Assembly: GCA_963977015.1 (NCBI GenBank)
Contig: CAXBMO010000017.1
Coordinates: 32,001 to 96,000 of the forward strand
Source: an uncultured bacterium
GTDB taxonomy: Bacteria > Verrucomicrobiota > Verrucomicrobiia > Verrucomicrobiales > DEV007
Direction of reading: 5' to 3'
DNA length: 64,000 nucleotides
Shown here: piece after piece, positions 11,177 through 20,936 of the stretch
How the letters are laid out: every line of letters begins with the position of its first letter
How positions within the stretch are numbered: position 1 is the first letter of the stretch
Made by a program: the position numbers and the translations under genes
The notes under the pieces: model-generated
Told to the model about the DNA's origin: nothing
The model's input: only the letters and a program-made list of their open reading frames with translations
Databases searched by the model: none

Positions 11177-12999
11177 GGCAACTCTGCGTCATTCCCAGTT
11201 GGAACAACCGGGGAATCCTCGACGACGAGACTGATCAGCGTATCACCGCTTTCGCCCGGACGGGATTCCTCATTCATAATCTTGAGTTCGCCATCACGAA
11301 GAATGAACAGGACCATTGTCAGGTCTCCCCGTTTCGCAAAAAAGTCTTCCCAGCCAAACTCATCGGTCAGGAGCGTCTTTTTCACACTCGCATGCACACT
11401 CTCAAGTTTGCGGATTTGCTCGCGACTGCCTTCCCCCGAAAAGAGAATTCTGCCGCGCAACTCTCCCGAGCCTGACTTCCGTTCGGATTCCCCCATATCG
11501 GCTGGGGCAAGCTGATAGACGTTGGAGCGACCCAACGCGTGGGCAAAGCCAAGGCAGGCCAACGAATTCACCTGATCATTCGGCGTGACGGCCAACATTG
11601 ATCCGATGCCCGATAAGTCGAGTTCCTCGTGAGCAAACTCCGACAAGACATTGGCGTTGACGGCTTGAAGACCAGCCATTCTCGCTTTCGAGGTGGCGGC
11701 ATAGTTGGAATCCACCAACAAACAGCGAAAGCCGAGCGATTGCAGTTCTTTGGCCGCTTCAATGACCCAAGGACGAATTCCGGTGAACAGGACGCCTTGA
11801 GGCCGTTTGGATGCGACGCCCAACCGTCGTGCAATCGGCCCCGCACTGAGTCCGTAAAACAGCACGGTTCCCACAATAACCGTGAAGACGATGGGAACCA
11901 TTTTCTCTCCCTCCGCCTGAAAGTGCCCGCCGGAGGCGATGATCTCCAACGAAAAAATTGAGCAAACGGCTGCAGCCACGATGCCGCGCGGAGCCATGAG
12001 GGCAAGAAAGACCTTCTCAGTCCGGCTGACTTTGCTACCCATCGTACTGATAAACACGGCGGCGGGCCTAACGACAACAATCAGGATACACAGAAACATA
12101 ACCGCCTCCTTCCAAACCTCGGTCACCTGAGCCCATGATACGCGCCCGCCCAAAATGATGAACAACGCGGAAATGAGGATGATCCGCAGGTTCTCCTTAA
12201 ACTCAATAATGTGCCGAACCTGGGCTTTGCTCTGGTTGGCAATCCCGATTCCCAAAACCGTGACGGTCAACAATCCCGATTCGTGTTGAATCATGTTGGA
12301 GATCGCAAACACGATCAACCCGGCAGTCAGGATCACCACGCTTTGCAGAAAGTCCGGAATCCAGTGGTGTTTCAACACCTTGACCAACATCCAGGCAACT
12401 CCGAACCCCAGGCCAAAACCCACGATCAGCGTTTTGGCCAATCCGGTGATGACCGTCTGGGCACCATTCTCGGACTCTCCGTGCCCAAACAACACGCTGA
12501 AGACCAGAACCGTCAACACGGCCCCGACCGGATCGATGACAATGCCTTCCCATTTTAGAATCGAATTGATCGAGCGAACCGGTTTGAGAGTGCGCAAAAT
12601 CGGGCCAATCACGGTTGGTCCTGTCACCACCAGAATGGCGGCAACCAGGGTCGCAACCGGCCAACTGAATCCTGCGGCGTAGTGAGCCGCCGGAATGGTC
12701 AGGAGCCAGGTTACGGCGGCACCGGTCGTGACCAACCGTAAAACCGGTTTCCCGGCTTCTTTCAGTTCGGGCAATCGTAAGGTCAAACCTCCTTCCAGCA
12801 GGATGATGGCCACCGCCATCGAGACCACGGCAAACAGAGTTTGATCTTCCAGAATCGCACTTTGGTCATAAATCTGGCCGGCGGCGAAACCAAATCCCAG
12901 CAGCAACAAGATGGATGGCAGCTTCAAACGCCAGGCCAGCCACTGTGCAAAAATGCCGAGCGTGAGAATCGCCGTGAAATACAAAAGCCGTTCGTCCAT
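11173..12999 (-). CDS. CPA1 (NhaP-type) cation:proton antiporter with a C-terminal Rossmann/TrkA_N-like domain
   Basis: About 12 TM segments; VTGPTVI, KWEGIVIDPVG, APRGIVAAAV. Confidence 0.9.
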   Translation of the reverse strand: MDERLLYFTAILTLGIFAQWLAWRLKLPSILLLLGFGFAAGQIYDQSAILEDQTLFAVVSMAVAIILLEGGLTLRLPELKEAGKPVLRLVTTGAAVTWLLTIPAAHYAAGFSWPVATLVAAILVVTGPTVIGPILRTLKPVRSINSILKWEGIVIDPVGAVLTVLVFSVLFGHGESENGAQTVITGLAKTLIVGFGLGFGVAWMLVKVLKHHWIPDFLQSVVILTAGLIVFAISNMIQHESGLLTVTVLGIGIANQSKAQVRHIIEFKENLRIILISALFIILGGRVSWAQVTEVWKEAVMFLCILIVVVRPAAVFISTMGSKVSRTEKVFLALMAPRGIVAAAVCSIFSLEIIASGGHFQAEGEKMVPIVFTVIVGTVLFYGLSAGPIARRLGVASKRPQGVLFTGIRPWVIEAAKELQSLGFRCLLVDSNYAATSKARMAGLQAVNANVLSEFAHEELDLSGIGSMLAVTPNDQVNSLACLGFAHALGRSNVYQLAPADMGESERKSGSGELRGRILFSGEGSREQIRKLESVHASVKKTLLTDEFGWEDFFAKRGDLTMVLFILRDGELKIMNEESRPGESGDTLISLVVEDSPVVPTGNDAELP

Positions 13000-13066
13000 C
13001 GTTTTGGTTCAGAGGTAAACGCAAGGTCCGCACAACGCAGGTCATTTTCCGAACATTGGCCACCTT

Positions 13067-14653
13067 TTAGCTTTCCAGCTTCGCCAAATGCCAAAACTCC
13101 TCCAATTGACGATTCCAGTCAGCTTCCAGTTGCCTGACACGTTCTGGAAATTTTCGGGCCAGGTCATTCGACTCTGCGCGATCGTTGGCCATTTCATAAA
13201 GCTCCCAGGGCCCGCCTTTCGAAGAAACCAGTTTCCAATTCCCTTTGCGGATCGCTTTGTGACCATCGTGAAACCACCAAAAAGAGTCATGCTCGACGGT
13301 GCCATCGTTTGCGAAAACAGGCCGGAGACTTTTCCCCGGCGGCTTGGGAGCCCCCTGCCCTTCCCCAGTTGGCGCCAACTCGGCCCCGGCCAGCTCGAGA
13401 ATGGTCGGGACGACATCAATGACGTGGCCCGGATTGGATCGCAATTCGCCGCGGGCCGGAATTCCAGCGGGCCAGGAAACGATAAGCGGCGTGGAACAAC
13501 CGCCTTCATGCGTCCAGGTTTTATGGCGGCGAAATGGCGTATTGCACGCGGTTGACCATCCGGGCCCCAGACAGAGATAGGTCACCGCAGATCCCATCGG
13601 CGCGTCAGAATCGTGACCGTCACCCCGCACCATGATCTCCGCGCTGGCACCGTTGTCGGAGAGAAAGAGAATCAGCGTGTTCTCCATTTGGCCCATGTTG
13701 CGGATTTGTGCGATCACGCGACCGATTTCCTGGTCCATCCGGTCGACCATCGCGGCATGAATCGCCATCTTCATCGCCTGAAAGTCCTTCTGAGCATGGG
13801 TCAACTCGTCCCAGGGAAGCGGCCGGTTCGTCTCGCCATTGCCGAGAATTTCGAGATGGTCGGGAAAATGATAGGGCGGACCCAAATCAGGTTCGACATC
13901 CGAGAGCCTGCCCTCGTAAATCTCCAGTTCCTTTAGCTTGGCGAAACGTTTCGCCCGAACTGCGTCCCACCCCTTCCGATAGGTGTCTTTGTATTTGGCA
14001 ATGTCATCAGGTAACGCGTGAAGCGGAAAATGGGGCGCGGCGAAGGCCAGGTAGCAAAAAAAGGGCTGGTCCGCGTGCTCCGCCGAATGCTGAGCGAGAA
14101 ACTCGACCGTGCGATCTGCCAATGCGACGGTTCCGTAAAACCCGGAATCCCGTTCAACGGCCGGAAGTGGTTTGTCATCGAGCCAATGTTTTTGGGGGCT
14201 GAAAAAGCGACTTTGATCCTTGAGATAATAGGAGCGGTCAAACCCGTTTTGGAGGGGCATCCCGTCGATGTGCCATTTCCCAACGTGATACGAGCGATAT
14301 CCCTGAGGTTTCAGCAATTCAGGCAACAAGGGAGCCCAAGCTGGCCGAATTCCGATATTGCCTCCTCCGCTGGCTGGAATTCCCGGGATTTTGTCGCGGC
14401 GAATCTGCTGGGCGTAGTATCCCGTCATCAGCGCGCCTCGGGTTGGCCAGCAACGCGCCGTGTTGTAAAATTGGGTAAAGCGAAGCCCGTTTTCGGCGAT
14501 CGAATCCAGATTTGGAGTCGCGATTTCGCCTCCGTAACAGCCCAGATCCGAAAACCCAAGGTCATCGGCCAAAATCAGTAGAACGTTGGGTTTTTCGACA
14601 GCGGGTAGCGTCGCAACAAGAAGAAAAGACAACAGAACCAGCGGAGTTTTCAT
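13067..14653 (-). CDS. Arylsulfatase (formylglycine-dependent, secreted)
   Basis: Signal peptide; PNVLLILADDLG; CWPTR (CxPxR) motif; GKWH; SDNG. Confidence 0.95.
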   Translation of the reverse strand: MKTPLVLLSFLLVATLPAVEKPNVLLILADDLGFSDLGCYGGEIATPNLDSIAENGLRFTQFYNTARCWPTRGALMTGYYAQQIRRDKIPGIPASGGGNIGIRPAWAPLLPELLKPQGYRSYHVGKWHIDGMPLQNGFDRSYYLKDQSRFFSPQKHWLDDKPLPAVERDSGFYGTVALADRTVEFLAQHSAEHADQPFFCYLAFAAPHFPLHALPDDIAKYKDTYRKGWDAVRAKRFAKLKELEIYEGRLSDVEPDLGPPYHFPDHLEILGNGETNRPLPWDELTHAQKDFQAMKMAIHAAMVDRMDQEIGRVIAQIRNMGQMENTLILFLSDNGASAEIMVRGDGHDSDAPMGSAVTYLCLGPGWSTACNTPFRRHKTWTHEGGCSTPLIVSWPAGIPARGELRSNPGHVIDVVPTILELAGAELAPTGEGQGAPKPPGKSLRPVFANDGTVEHDSFWWFHDGHKAIRKGNWKLVSSKGGPWELYEMANDRAESNDLARKFPERVRQLEADWNRQLEEFWHLAKLES

Positions 14654-14773
14654 GGAACTGGAATCTTGAAGTGATTCGGGTTCTCAAGGCAACCCACTTT
14701 CCCACAATTGTGACGGTTTCGTCGAAACGGTGGCTTTGGGGCCGTTCGTCAAAAAAACTCACCTCAATTTGGC

Positions 14774-14809
14774 TTGATTTCCCGTCAACAAGCGCCATTC
14801 TACCCGCCC
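14774..14809 (+). promoter_or_regulatory. Candidate sigma70 promoter for rpsB-tsf
   Basis: TTGATT-16 nt-CATTCT followed by GC-rich ACCCGCCC (discriminator-like), about 130 nt upstream of rpsB. Confidence 0.3.
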
Positions 14810-14928
14810 TCTTCGCCGGAATATTTAATTCAAGAGTCGAGACGCCCGCTTCATGCGGCAGAGTTTACCCAACCGGCGAGTCTTGGCGAAAACACCCGTT
14901 GTCTTGGTTAAAAGGCAGCACCCCTATT

Positions 14929-15618
14929 ATGTCACAAGAAGCCCTTATTGAGCTGGTCGAAGCCGGTGTCCACTACGGTCACCAGAGCCGCAAATGGAAC
15001 CCAAGAATGAAGCCTTTCATTCTGGAGGAACGCAACGCAATCCACATCATCAACCTTGAGGAAACTCTGAAGCAGGTTGATGTCGCCGCCAACTATCTGG
15101 CCGACCTCGTGGACGCAGGAAAAAAAGTCCTGTTCGTTGGCTGCAAGCGCCAGGCTCAAGACGCCGTTGCTGAAGCAGCTGAAGCGTGCGACCAATTTTT
15201 CGTCAACAACCGCTGGCTTGGCGGAACACTCACCAACTTGGAAACCATCCGCAAAAGCGTGAAGCGCCTCGACTACCTCGAGGGGTTGGAGCGGACTCCT
15301 GAATTCAAGAAAATGAGTAAGAAGGAATTGGCTTCCCTGGGACGCGAACGCGCAAAGCTTCAGCGGAACTTGAATGGAATCCGCAAAATGGAGAAGTATC
15401 CTGATGTCCTGGTCATCGTTGACTCCGCTCGGGAAAAAATCGCGGTTCACGAAGCTTTGAAGCTCGGCATTCCAATCGTTGCCTTGGTTGACAGCAACGC
15501 CGATCCCGATGTAATCGACTACCCCGTTGCCGCAAACGACGACGCGATTCGTTCCATTCGCCTCATTCTCCAAAAACTGATCGAGCCCATCTTGACGATG
15601 AAGGGCAAGACCATCTAA
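14929..15618 (+). CDS. rpsB: 30S ribosomal protein S2
   Basis: EAGVHYGHQSRKWNPRM, RWLGGTLTN, NDDAIRSI; true start at ATG 14929. Confidence 0.98.
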   Translation: MSQEALIELVEAGVHYGHQSRKWNPRMKPFILEERNAIHIINLEETLKQVDVAANYLADLVDAGKKVLFVGCKRQAQDAVAEAAEACDQFFVNNRWLGGTLTNLETIRKSVKRLDYLEGLERTPEFKKMSKKELASLGRERAKLQRNLNGIRKMEKYPDVLVIVDSAREKIAVHEALKLGIPIVALVDSNADPDVIDYPVAANDDAIRSIRLILQKLIEPILTMKGKTI

Positions 15619-15669
15619 CGAGTCCTTTTTGACTCCCCAATTTTTTACAACACTCACGAACCTCTAAAG

Positions 15670-16263
15670 ATGTCCGCAAAAATTGACGCCAAACTGGTTA
15701 AAGAACTCCGCGATAAAACGGGTGCGCCGATGATGGCCTGCAAAGAAGTCCTCGCAGCTACCGAGGGCGACTTGGAGAAAGCCATTACCGAATTGCGCAA
15801 GCGCGATGCCAAAGTCGCGGAAAAGAAAGCAGGACGTGAAGCCAAAGAAGGCGCCGTTGCTTCCTACATTCACATGGAAGGCCGAATTGGTGTGCTGCTT
15901 GAAATCAACTGCGAGACCGACTTCGTTGCCAAAAACGACCAGTTCCGCGATTTCGTGAAAGATATCACGCTTCATATCGCAGCGGCAGCCCCTCAATACG
16001 TTTCCCGCGACGAGGTTCCTGAAGACGTCATTGCCAAGGAAAAGGAAATCTTTGCCGAGCAGATGAAAGACAAGCCAGCCAAGGCATTGGAAAAGATTCT
16101 CGAAGGCAAGATGAACAAATTTTTCAGCACGATTTGCTTGTTGGAACAGGGTTACATCAAGGATCCGGACAAGACGATCGAGGATCTGCTGAAAGCAAAA
16201 ATCGGTGAGTTGGGTGAAAACCTGATTCTTCGCCGCTTTACGCGTTACGCGCTTGGCGAGTAA
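15670..16263 (+). CDS. tsf: Elongation factor Ts (short ~200 aa form)
   Basis: LVKELRDKTGAPMMACK, EINCETDFVAKN, RRFTRYALGE; follows rpsB. Confidence 0.97.
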   Translation: MSAKIDAKLVKELRDKTGAPMMACKEVLAATEGDLEKAITELRKRDAKVAEKKAGREAKEGAVASYIHMEGRIGVLLEINCETDFVAKNDQFRDFVKDITLHIAAAAPQYVSRDEVPEDVIAKEKEIFAEQMKDKPAKALEKILEGKMNKFFSTICLLEQGYIKDPDKTIEDLLKAKIGELGENLILRRFTRYALGE

Positions 16264-16330
16264 GTCGCGAAGGCTTTTGCGACATCGGATTTCGGAACTC
16301 TCACGGGTCCCGGAATTCCACAACTGACTC

Positions 16331-17005
16331 ATGCCCACCCAGGAATCCCACATCTGCGGAGTCAATCTTCATCGCGCCTTCACCATTGGTGAGAAAACGA
16401 TCGAAGTGCTCCGCGGGGTGGATTTGGAAGTCAAACGCGGCGAGAAGCTCTTTCTCTGCGGCGCTTCCGGGGCGGGAAAGACCTCGCTCCTCTACACCCT
16501 GGCCGGTTTGGAGCGCCCAAATCAAGGTTCGGTCGAGATCAACGGCCAATCTCTCTACGACCTCCCGGCTCACGAGCAGGCACGGCTGCGGAACCAATTC
16601 ATGGGCTACGTGTTTCAGCACTACTTTTTGCTGCCGGAATTAACGGCGATCGAAAACGTGCTGCTGCCAGCCATGATTGGTCGCAAAGTCGCGGAAGACC
16701 GCGCCAAGGAGATGATGACCAAGATCGGATTGGGAGATCGACTCAATCACCTGCCCGCCGAGCTTTCCGGAGGAGAGCAACAGCGGGTCGCCATTGCGCG
16801 TTCCCTGATCAATGACCCGGAGATCATCTTCGCCGATGAACCGACGGGAAACCTGGATTCCAAGACCGGCGCTGAAGTGATGGCGGCCCTCTTGGAAATG
16901 ACCGGCGAGCAGGACAAGACGCTGGTGGTCGTCACCCACGACAACGAACTGGCTCAAACCGGCGATCGGCAGTTGGTGTTGGCCGACGGCAAACTGGTCA
17001 GCTAG
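16331..17005 (+). CDS. ABC transporter ATP-binding protein, LolD-like
   Basis: Walker A GASGAGKT, LSGGEQQRVAIAR, ADEPTGNLD, VTHD; no permease gene adjacent. Confidence 0.9.
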   Translation: MPTQESHICGVNLHRAFTIGEKTIEVLRGVDLEVKRGEKLFLCGASGAGKTSLLYTLAGLERPNQGSVEINGQSLYDLPAHEQARLRNQFMGYVFQHYFLLPELTAIENVLLPAMIGRKVAEDRAKEMMTKIGLGDRLNHLPAELSGGEQQRVAIARSLINDPEIIFADEPTGNLDSKTGAEVMAALLEMTGEQDKTLVVVTHDNELAQTGDRQLVLADGKLVS

Positions 17006-17008
17006 CGA

Positions 17009-18025
17009 TTAGCGGGCCTTGGGCGGAGGCCCCGGAGGCTTTTTTCCTGGTGGCGGCCCATCGAGCTTGCGCCGAATTCTGCCATTCGCGAATTCCTCGA
17101 GATCGATTTCATCACTTCCATCGGTATCGATTCGGGCAAACATCTCTTCTTCCATCTCCCGGTTGCGGGCAAACATCTCAACCAACTTGCCACGCGAGAA
17201 TTCCCGACGGCTGATCGCGCCATCTCGATTGCGGTCCATTTCCTTAAATCGTGCCATCGTTTCGGGATGGACATTCGGGCCTGCCACGGTCGTGATCGCA
17301 CGAGCAAACTCCTGAGGACCAACTTCCCGGTTTCCGTTCAGATCGATCGTTTCAAACCTGGAGATGGCTTCGTGCATAAATTCCGCAGGATCGATCGCCG
17401 CATGCTCGGAAGCCCCAATCGAGCCATCATCATTTTTGTCCAGCAGCGCAAAAATCGCGGCGGAATCAGGATCCATCAGCTGTTTCTCGACTCCCAGAGC
17501 CTGAATCCACTCAAACGGCCCAATCACGCCACTTTGGTTGAGGTCAATCCGCTGAAACAGGCTGGCGACAAAGTCGGGATCTTTTCCGTTCTCGAGCGCC
17601 TGCTTGGCCTTCGGGCTGTCCAGGTATTCCTGCATCGCGATCAGACCATCGCGGTCGCGATCGAGCTCCCCGTAGCTTCGGGCGCTGTTCCGATCCAGAA
17701 TCCGGACATTGCGATTGAGCTGTGAAGCCGTGAGCTCGAGCAACTCAATCTCGCCATTTTGATCGCCATCCATCAGCGCAAACACTTCGTCAACCTGATC
17801 ACGTCCTCCGAACTCGCGAGCTCGCTGCGCAACCTCGCTAAACGCAAATTCGAGACGATCCAACCCGGAATTGCGGTTGCGGTCCAAGCTCCCAAACTCC
17901 TGAATCGTCTCGACGTCCAACCCGGCGGAATCCGGCCCGTCCGCTTGAGCGAATCCCCAAACCAAACCAACCGTGGCGAGGAAAATCCCCCGCAACATGG
18001 ATGAAATCTGGGTCGAACGGTTCAT
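17009..18025 (-). CDS. Secreted multi-EF-hand protein (8 EF-hand-like loops)
   Basis: Signal peptide; loops DRNRNSGLD, DGDQNGEIE, DRDRDGLIA, DLNQSGVIG, DKNDDGSIG, DLNGNREVG, DRNRDGAIS, DTDGSDEID; Pro-rich tail; start uncertain. Confidence 0.85.
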   Translation of the reverse strand: MNRSTQISSMLRGIFLATVGLVWGFAQADGPDSAGLDVETIQEFGSLDRNRNSGLDRLEFAFSEVAQRAREFGGRDQVDEVFALMDGDQNGEIELLELTASQLNRNVRILDRNSARSYGELDRDRDGLIAMQEYLDSPKAKQALENGKDPDFVASLFQRIDLNQSGVIGPFEWIQALGVEKQLMDPDSAAIFALLDKNDDGSIGASEHAAIDPAEFMHEAISRFETIDLNGNREVGPQEFARAITTVAGPNVHPETMARFKEMDRNRDGAISRREFSRGKLVEMFARNREMEEEMFARIDTDGSDEIDLEEFANGRIRRKLDGPPPGKKPPGPPPKAR

Positions 18026-18047
18026 GAGTTGAACGAGTGTAAGGCTC

Positions 18048-19388
18048 TCAACCTGACGGGAGGATGATGAGATGAAGTTGATTCTCGTCAACAAGCTCGG
18101 CCTGAAGCGTCAGATCAAGCACTTCGGCGCACGATTTGGCAAGCGCCAACCCGAGGCCGCTGTGGGTGGAATCCGTTCGCGCCCGATCATGCCGCCAAAG
18201 CCGATCGAACATTCGCGCCAAGTCTGCATTCTCCAGGTGAGGCGCGGGATTGGCGACGGAAAAGCCGGATTGCTCAAAATTTGCGATGACGATCTCCGAC
18301 TTTTCCGGGGCGTATTCAGCGGCGTTCGAAAGCAAATTCGAGACGATCACCCGAAAGAGTTTCACGTCGGTTCGGAGCGAAAAACCGGAATCCAAGCGAT
18401 TACGAAAGTCCACTCCCCGTTCGGCGGCTTTGGGTGCAAACAACGGCCAGGTCTCGTCGATCACAGTCGAGACATTGACCGGCTCCAGATGGATCTGATC
18501 GCTCCCTTTTTCCAGGCGGACCAGGGACAACATATTCTCGATGGTCGTCTGCAATTCTCCGGTGATTTCCAGAACATCCGCGTAATCCTCGTGGGACGCC
18601 TGATCGGGCCACTTCAGCGAAACCTCGGCAATCGAGCGCAAAGCCGCGACCGGATTTCGCAACTCGTGGGCCAGGTCCGCACTGAAACGGCGCTCGCGCG
18701 CAAAACTCTCCTCCAAGCGCCGCATCAGCTCGTTCAACCGCATCACGATTCCTGCCAGTTCCTTTGGCTGTGACTCCGTCGGAAATCTCGCGCTGAGGGT
18801 GTCCGCATCCATTCGCTCAGCCTGGCTCCCAACCTCGGCAAGCGGACGGAGCCCGGATCGGAGGGCAAAACTCGCCAAAACCGCGAACCCCAGGCCACTC
18901 AGAGCGCCAATTGCAACGATTGCGGTGACCAGCTTGCGAAGCGATGCATCCGCCGATTCACGGGTTGTCGCGACCATGATCCCGACCGTTCCCAAGGCAC
19001 CTCCGTCACTCGCCACGGCCAGAGTCCGCACCCAATCTCCATTGCCGAGAAGCTGGTTGGAATACGCAAATTCTTCGGCAAACTGCTCCGGCTGCTCGAT
19101 CTCAAACTGACCCAGATTTTGCGATTTGAGGATGCGCATCCCGCTCTCGCCCCAAATTTGAAAGTAGATCCCAAAGTCGTCCCGCGTGAAGTCTTCGATA
19201 CTCAACAAGCTGCTGCGCCCGGCGTTTTCTCCAAAGGGAATGGCCGCATAGAGCTCCCGCAACCGGGCATCCAGTTCCGTCTCCAGGCGATCCCGCACCG
19301 ACCAGAAAATCGCCCCACCAGCGATGGCCCAAAGCAGGAGAAACCCGGGAAGGAGCCAAAGCAGAAGGTGATGGCGAATGCTCGTCAT
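18048..19388 (-). CDS. Two-component sensor histidine kinase (HAMP-HisKA-HATPase; QseC/CusS-like)
   Basis: Two TM; FSADLAHELRNP; NLLSNAAEY; HSGLGLA. Confidence 0.92.
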   Translation of the reverse strand: MTSIRHHLLLWLLPGFLLLWAIAGGAIFWSVRDRLETELDARLRELYAAIPFGENAGRSSLLSIEDFTRDDFGIYFQIWGESGMRILKSQNLGQFEIEQPEQFAEEFAYSNQLLGNGDWVRTLAVASDGGALGTVGIMVATTRESADASLRKLVTAIVAIGALSGLGFAVLASFALRSGLRPLAEVGSQAERMDADTLSARFPTESQPKELAGIVMRLNELMRRLEESFARERRFSADLAHELRNPVAALRSIAEVSLKWPDQASHEDYADVLEITGELQTTIENMLSLVRLEKGSDQIHLEPVNVSTVIDETWPLFAPKAAERGVDFRNRLDSGFSLRTDVKLFRVIVSNLLSNAAEYAPEKSEIVIANFEQSGFSVANPAPHLENADLARMFDRLWRHDRARTDSTHSGLGLALAKSCAEVLDLTLQAELVDENQLHLIILPSG

Positions 19389-19445
19389 GGAGGGAAGTCA
19401 TCGCCTATTCTCGCAACGCAGGCAACCCGGCGACCACCGGGCTGC

Positions 19446-20831
19446 TCAGGCAAGAATTGGGCGGACAACTTTCCCATAGACGTCCGTGAGTCGAAAATCC
19501 CGCCCTCCATGGAGAAAGGTGAGTTCCTCGTGATCGAACCCCATGATGTGGAGAAGCGTCGCGTGGAGATCGTGAATCGAAACCGGCTTCTCCACCGCGT
19601 AGTAACCGAAGTCGTCGGTCGCTCCATGATGAAAGCCGGACTTCACCGCACCGCCAGCGAACCACATCGTAAACCCATGGGGATTGTGATCGCGGCCGTT
19701 GGTGTGTTTCCCGTCGATCCCGGAAAAATACTCGAAGGTTGGCGTTCGCCCAAATTCACTTCCGCACATGACCAGGGTATCGTGAAGCAGGCCCCGCGCA
19801 TCCAGATCATGAAGCAACGCCGCGATCGGCTTGTCGACCGCATGGGCGTTTCCACGATGCCCCTTCTCAAGGTTCGAATGCTGATCCCACAAATTGCCGT
19901 AGCGCGGGGTGGCGTGGGTAATCGTGACGTAGCGAACGCCGGCTTCCGAGAATCTTCGCGCCAACAACAACGCTCGCCCAAACTCGTCGGTATGATCCTC
20001 GTCGATGCCGTAGAGGTCCCGCGTGGCTTTGGACTCGCGATTCAGATCCATCAGTTCGGGAGCTTCGGTCTGCATCCGAAACGCGAGTTCGAGATTCTCG
20101 ATCTCCTCCTCGGATTCACCATCCAACGCCCGGATGAAATCAAGGTGCTGTTCCTGGCCCTCGAATCGGGAATCCAGGTTTTCCCAAAGATGGGCAGGAT
20201 CCTTCTTGTCGGGTTTCCCGATCGGAGTGCCACCGTAAATCGATGGCAGAAAACCGGTCGGTCGAGACTGAGGCCGCCCCGGCACAATGTCGATATACCC
20301 CGGCAAATTCGCGTTCTCCGAACCCAATCCATACATGAGCCAACTTCCCAACGTCGGCCGAACCTCGCGCGGGACGCCCGTGTGAAGCACCGTTTTGGCG
20401 GTAAGGTGGTCGTTGCTCTCATGCTGAAGCGAATGGATGAAACACAGCTCATCGATGAACCGGCGATTCACCTCGGGAAAGAGATCGCTCGCCCAGGTTC
20501 CATTCCCTCCCCATTGCCTCCAATCAAACGGCGAACCAATGACGGTTCCTTGCGGGGCAAACGTGAATTTGGGAGGCCGAATCGAATCCGGAAGCGGCTT
20601 GCCATGATGAGCCTGCAAGGCAGGCTTGCGGTCGTAGGAATCAATCTGCGACAGTCCGCCTTCCAAAAAGATATAGATCACCCGCTGGGCTTTCGGGGCA
20701 AAATGAGGAATCCGCGTCGTGGCAGGCTTCCGCTGACTTCTCGCCAACAAATCCGTCAACGCGACACCGCCAATCCCGAGCATGGCATGGCGCAGGATTC
20801 GGCGTCGGGAGATCTGGGAGGTTCCTTTCAT
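19446..20831 (-). CDS. DUF1501 domain protein with a Tat-like signal
   Basis: SRRRIL leader; PHFAPKAQRVIYIFLEGGLSQIDSYD; EFGRTP; GRDHNP; RLTDV. Confidence 0.9.
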   Translation of the reverse strand: MKGTSQISRRRILRHAMLGIGGVALTDLLARSQRKPATTRIPHFAPKAQRVIYIFLEGGLSQIDSYDRKPALQAHHGKPLPDSIRPPKFTFAPQGTVIGSPFDWRQWGGNGTWASDLFPEVNRRFIDELCFIHSLQHESNDHLTAKTVLHTGVPREVRPTLGSWLMYGLGSENANLPGYIDIVPGRPQSRPTGFLPSIYGGTPIGKPDKKDPAHLWENLDSRFEGQEQHLDFIRALDGESEEEIENLELAFRMQTEAPELMDLNRESKATRDLYGIDEDHTDEFGRALLLARRFSEAGVRYVTITHATPRYGNLWDQHSNLEKGHRGNAHAVDKPIAALLHDLDARGLLHDTLVMCGSEFGRTPTFEYFSGIDGKHTNGRDHNPHGFTMWFAGGAVKSGFHHGATDDFGYYAVEKPVSIHDLHATLLHIMGFDHEELTFLHGGRDFRLTDVYGKVVRPILA

Positions 20832-20936
20832 CGGCTCAAACAAGATGGTCTCAGCTAATGAACGTCTCAAGCTGAACCACGGCCGAAAAATGACAGAAAA
20901 ATCGACTTTTCGCGTTTTCGAACTATTCTCGAGCCT

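Noticed and set aside
14512-14928. Apparent 139 aa N-terminal extension of RpsB
   Set aside because: It overlaps the divergent sulfatase start and promoter region, and S2 homology begins at ATG 14929. An S2 autoregulatory leader is plausible, but I could not define a structure.
15670-16263. EF-Ts looks truncated at 197 aa
   Set aside because: Short EF-Ts forms are known, and both terminal motifs are present.
19119-20858. 579 aa plus-strand ORF
   Set aside because: Antisense shadow of the DUF1501 gene and the kinase start.
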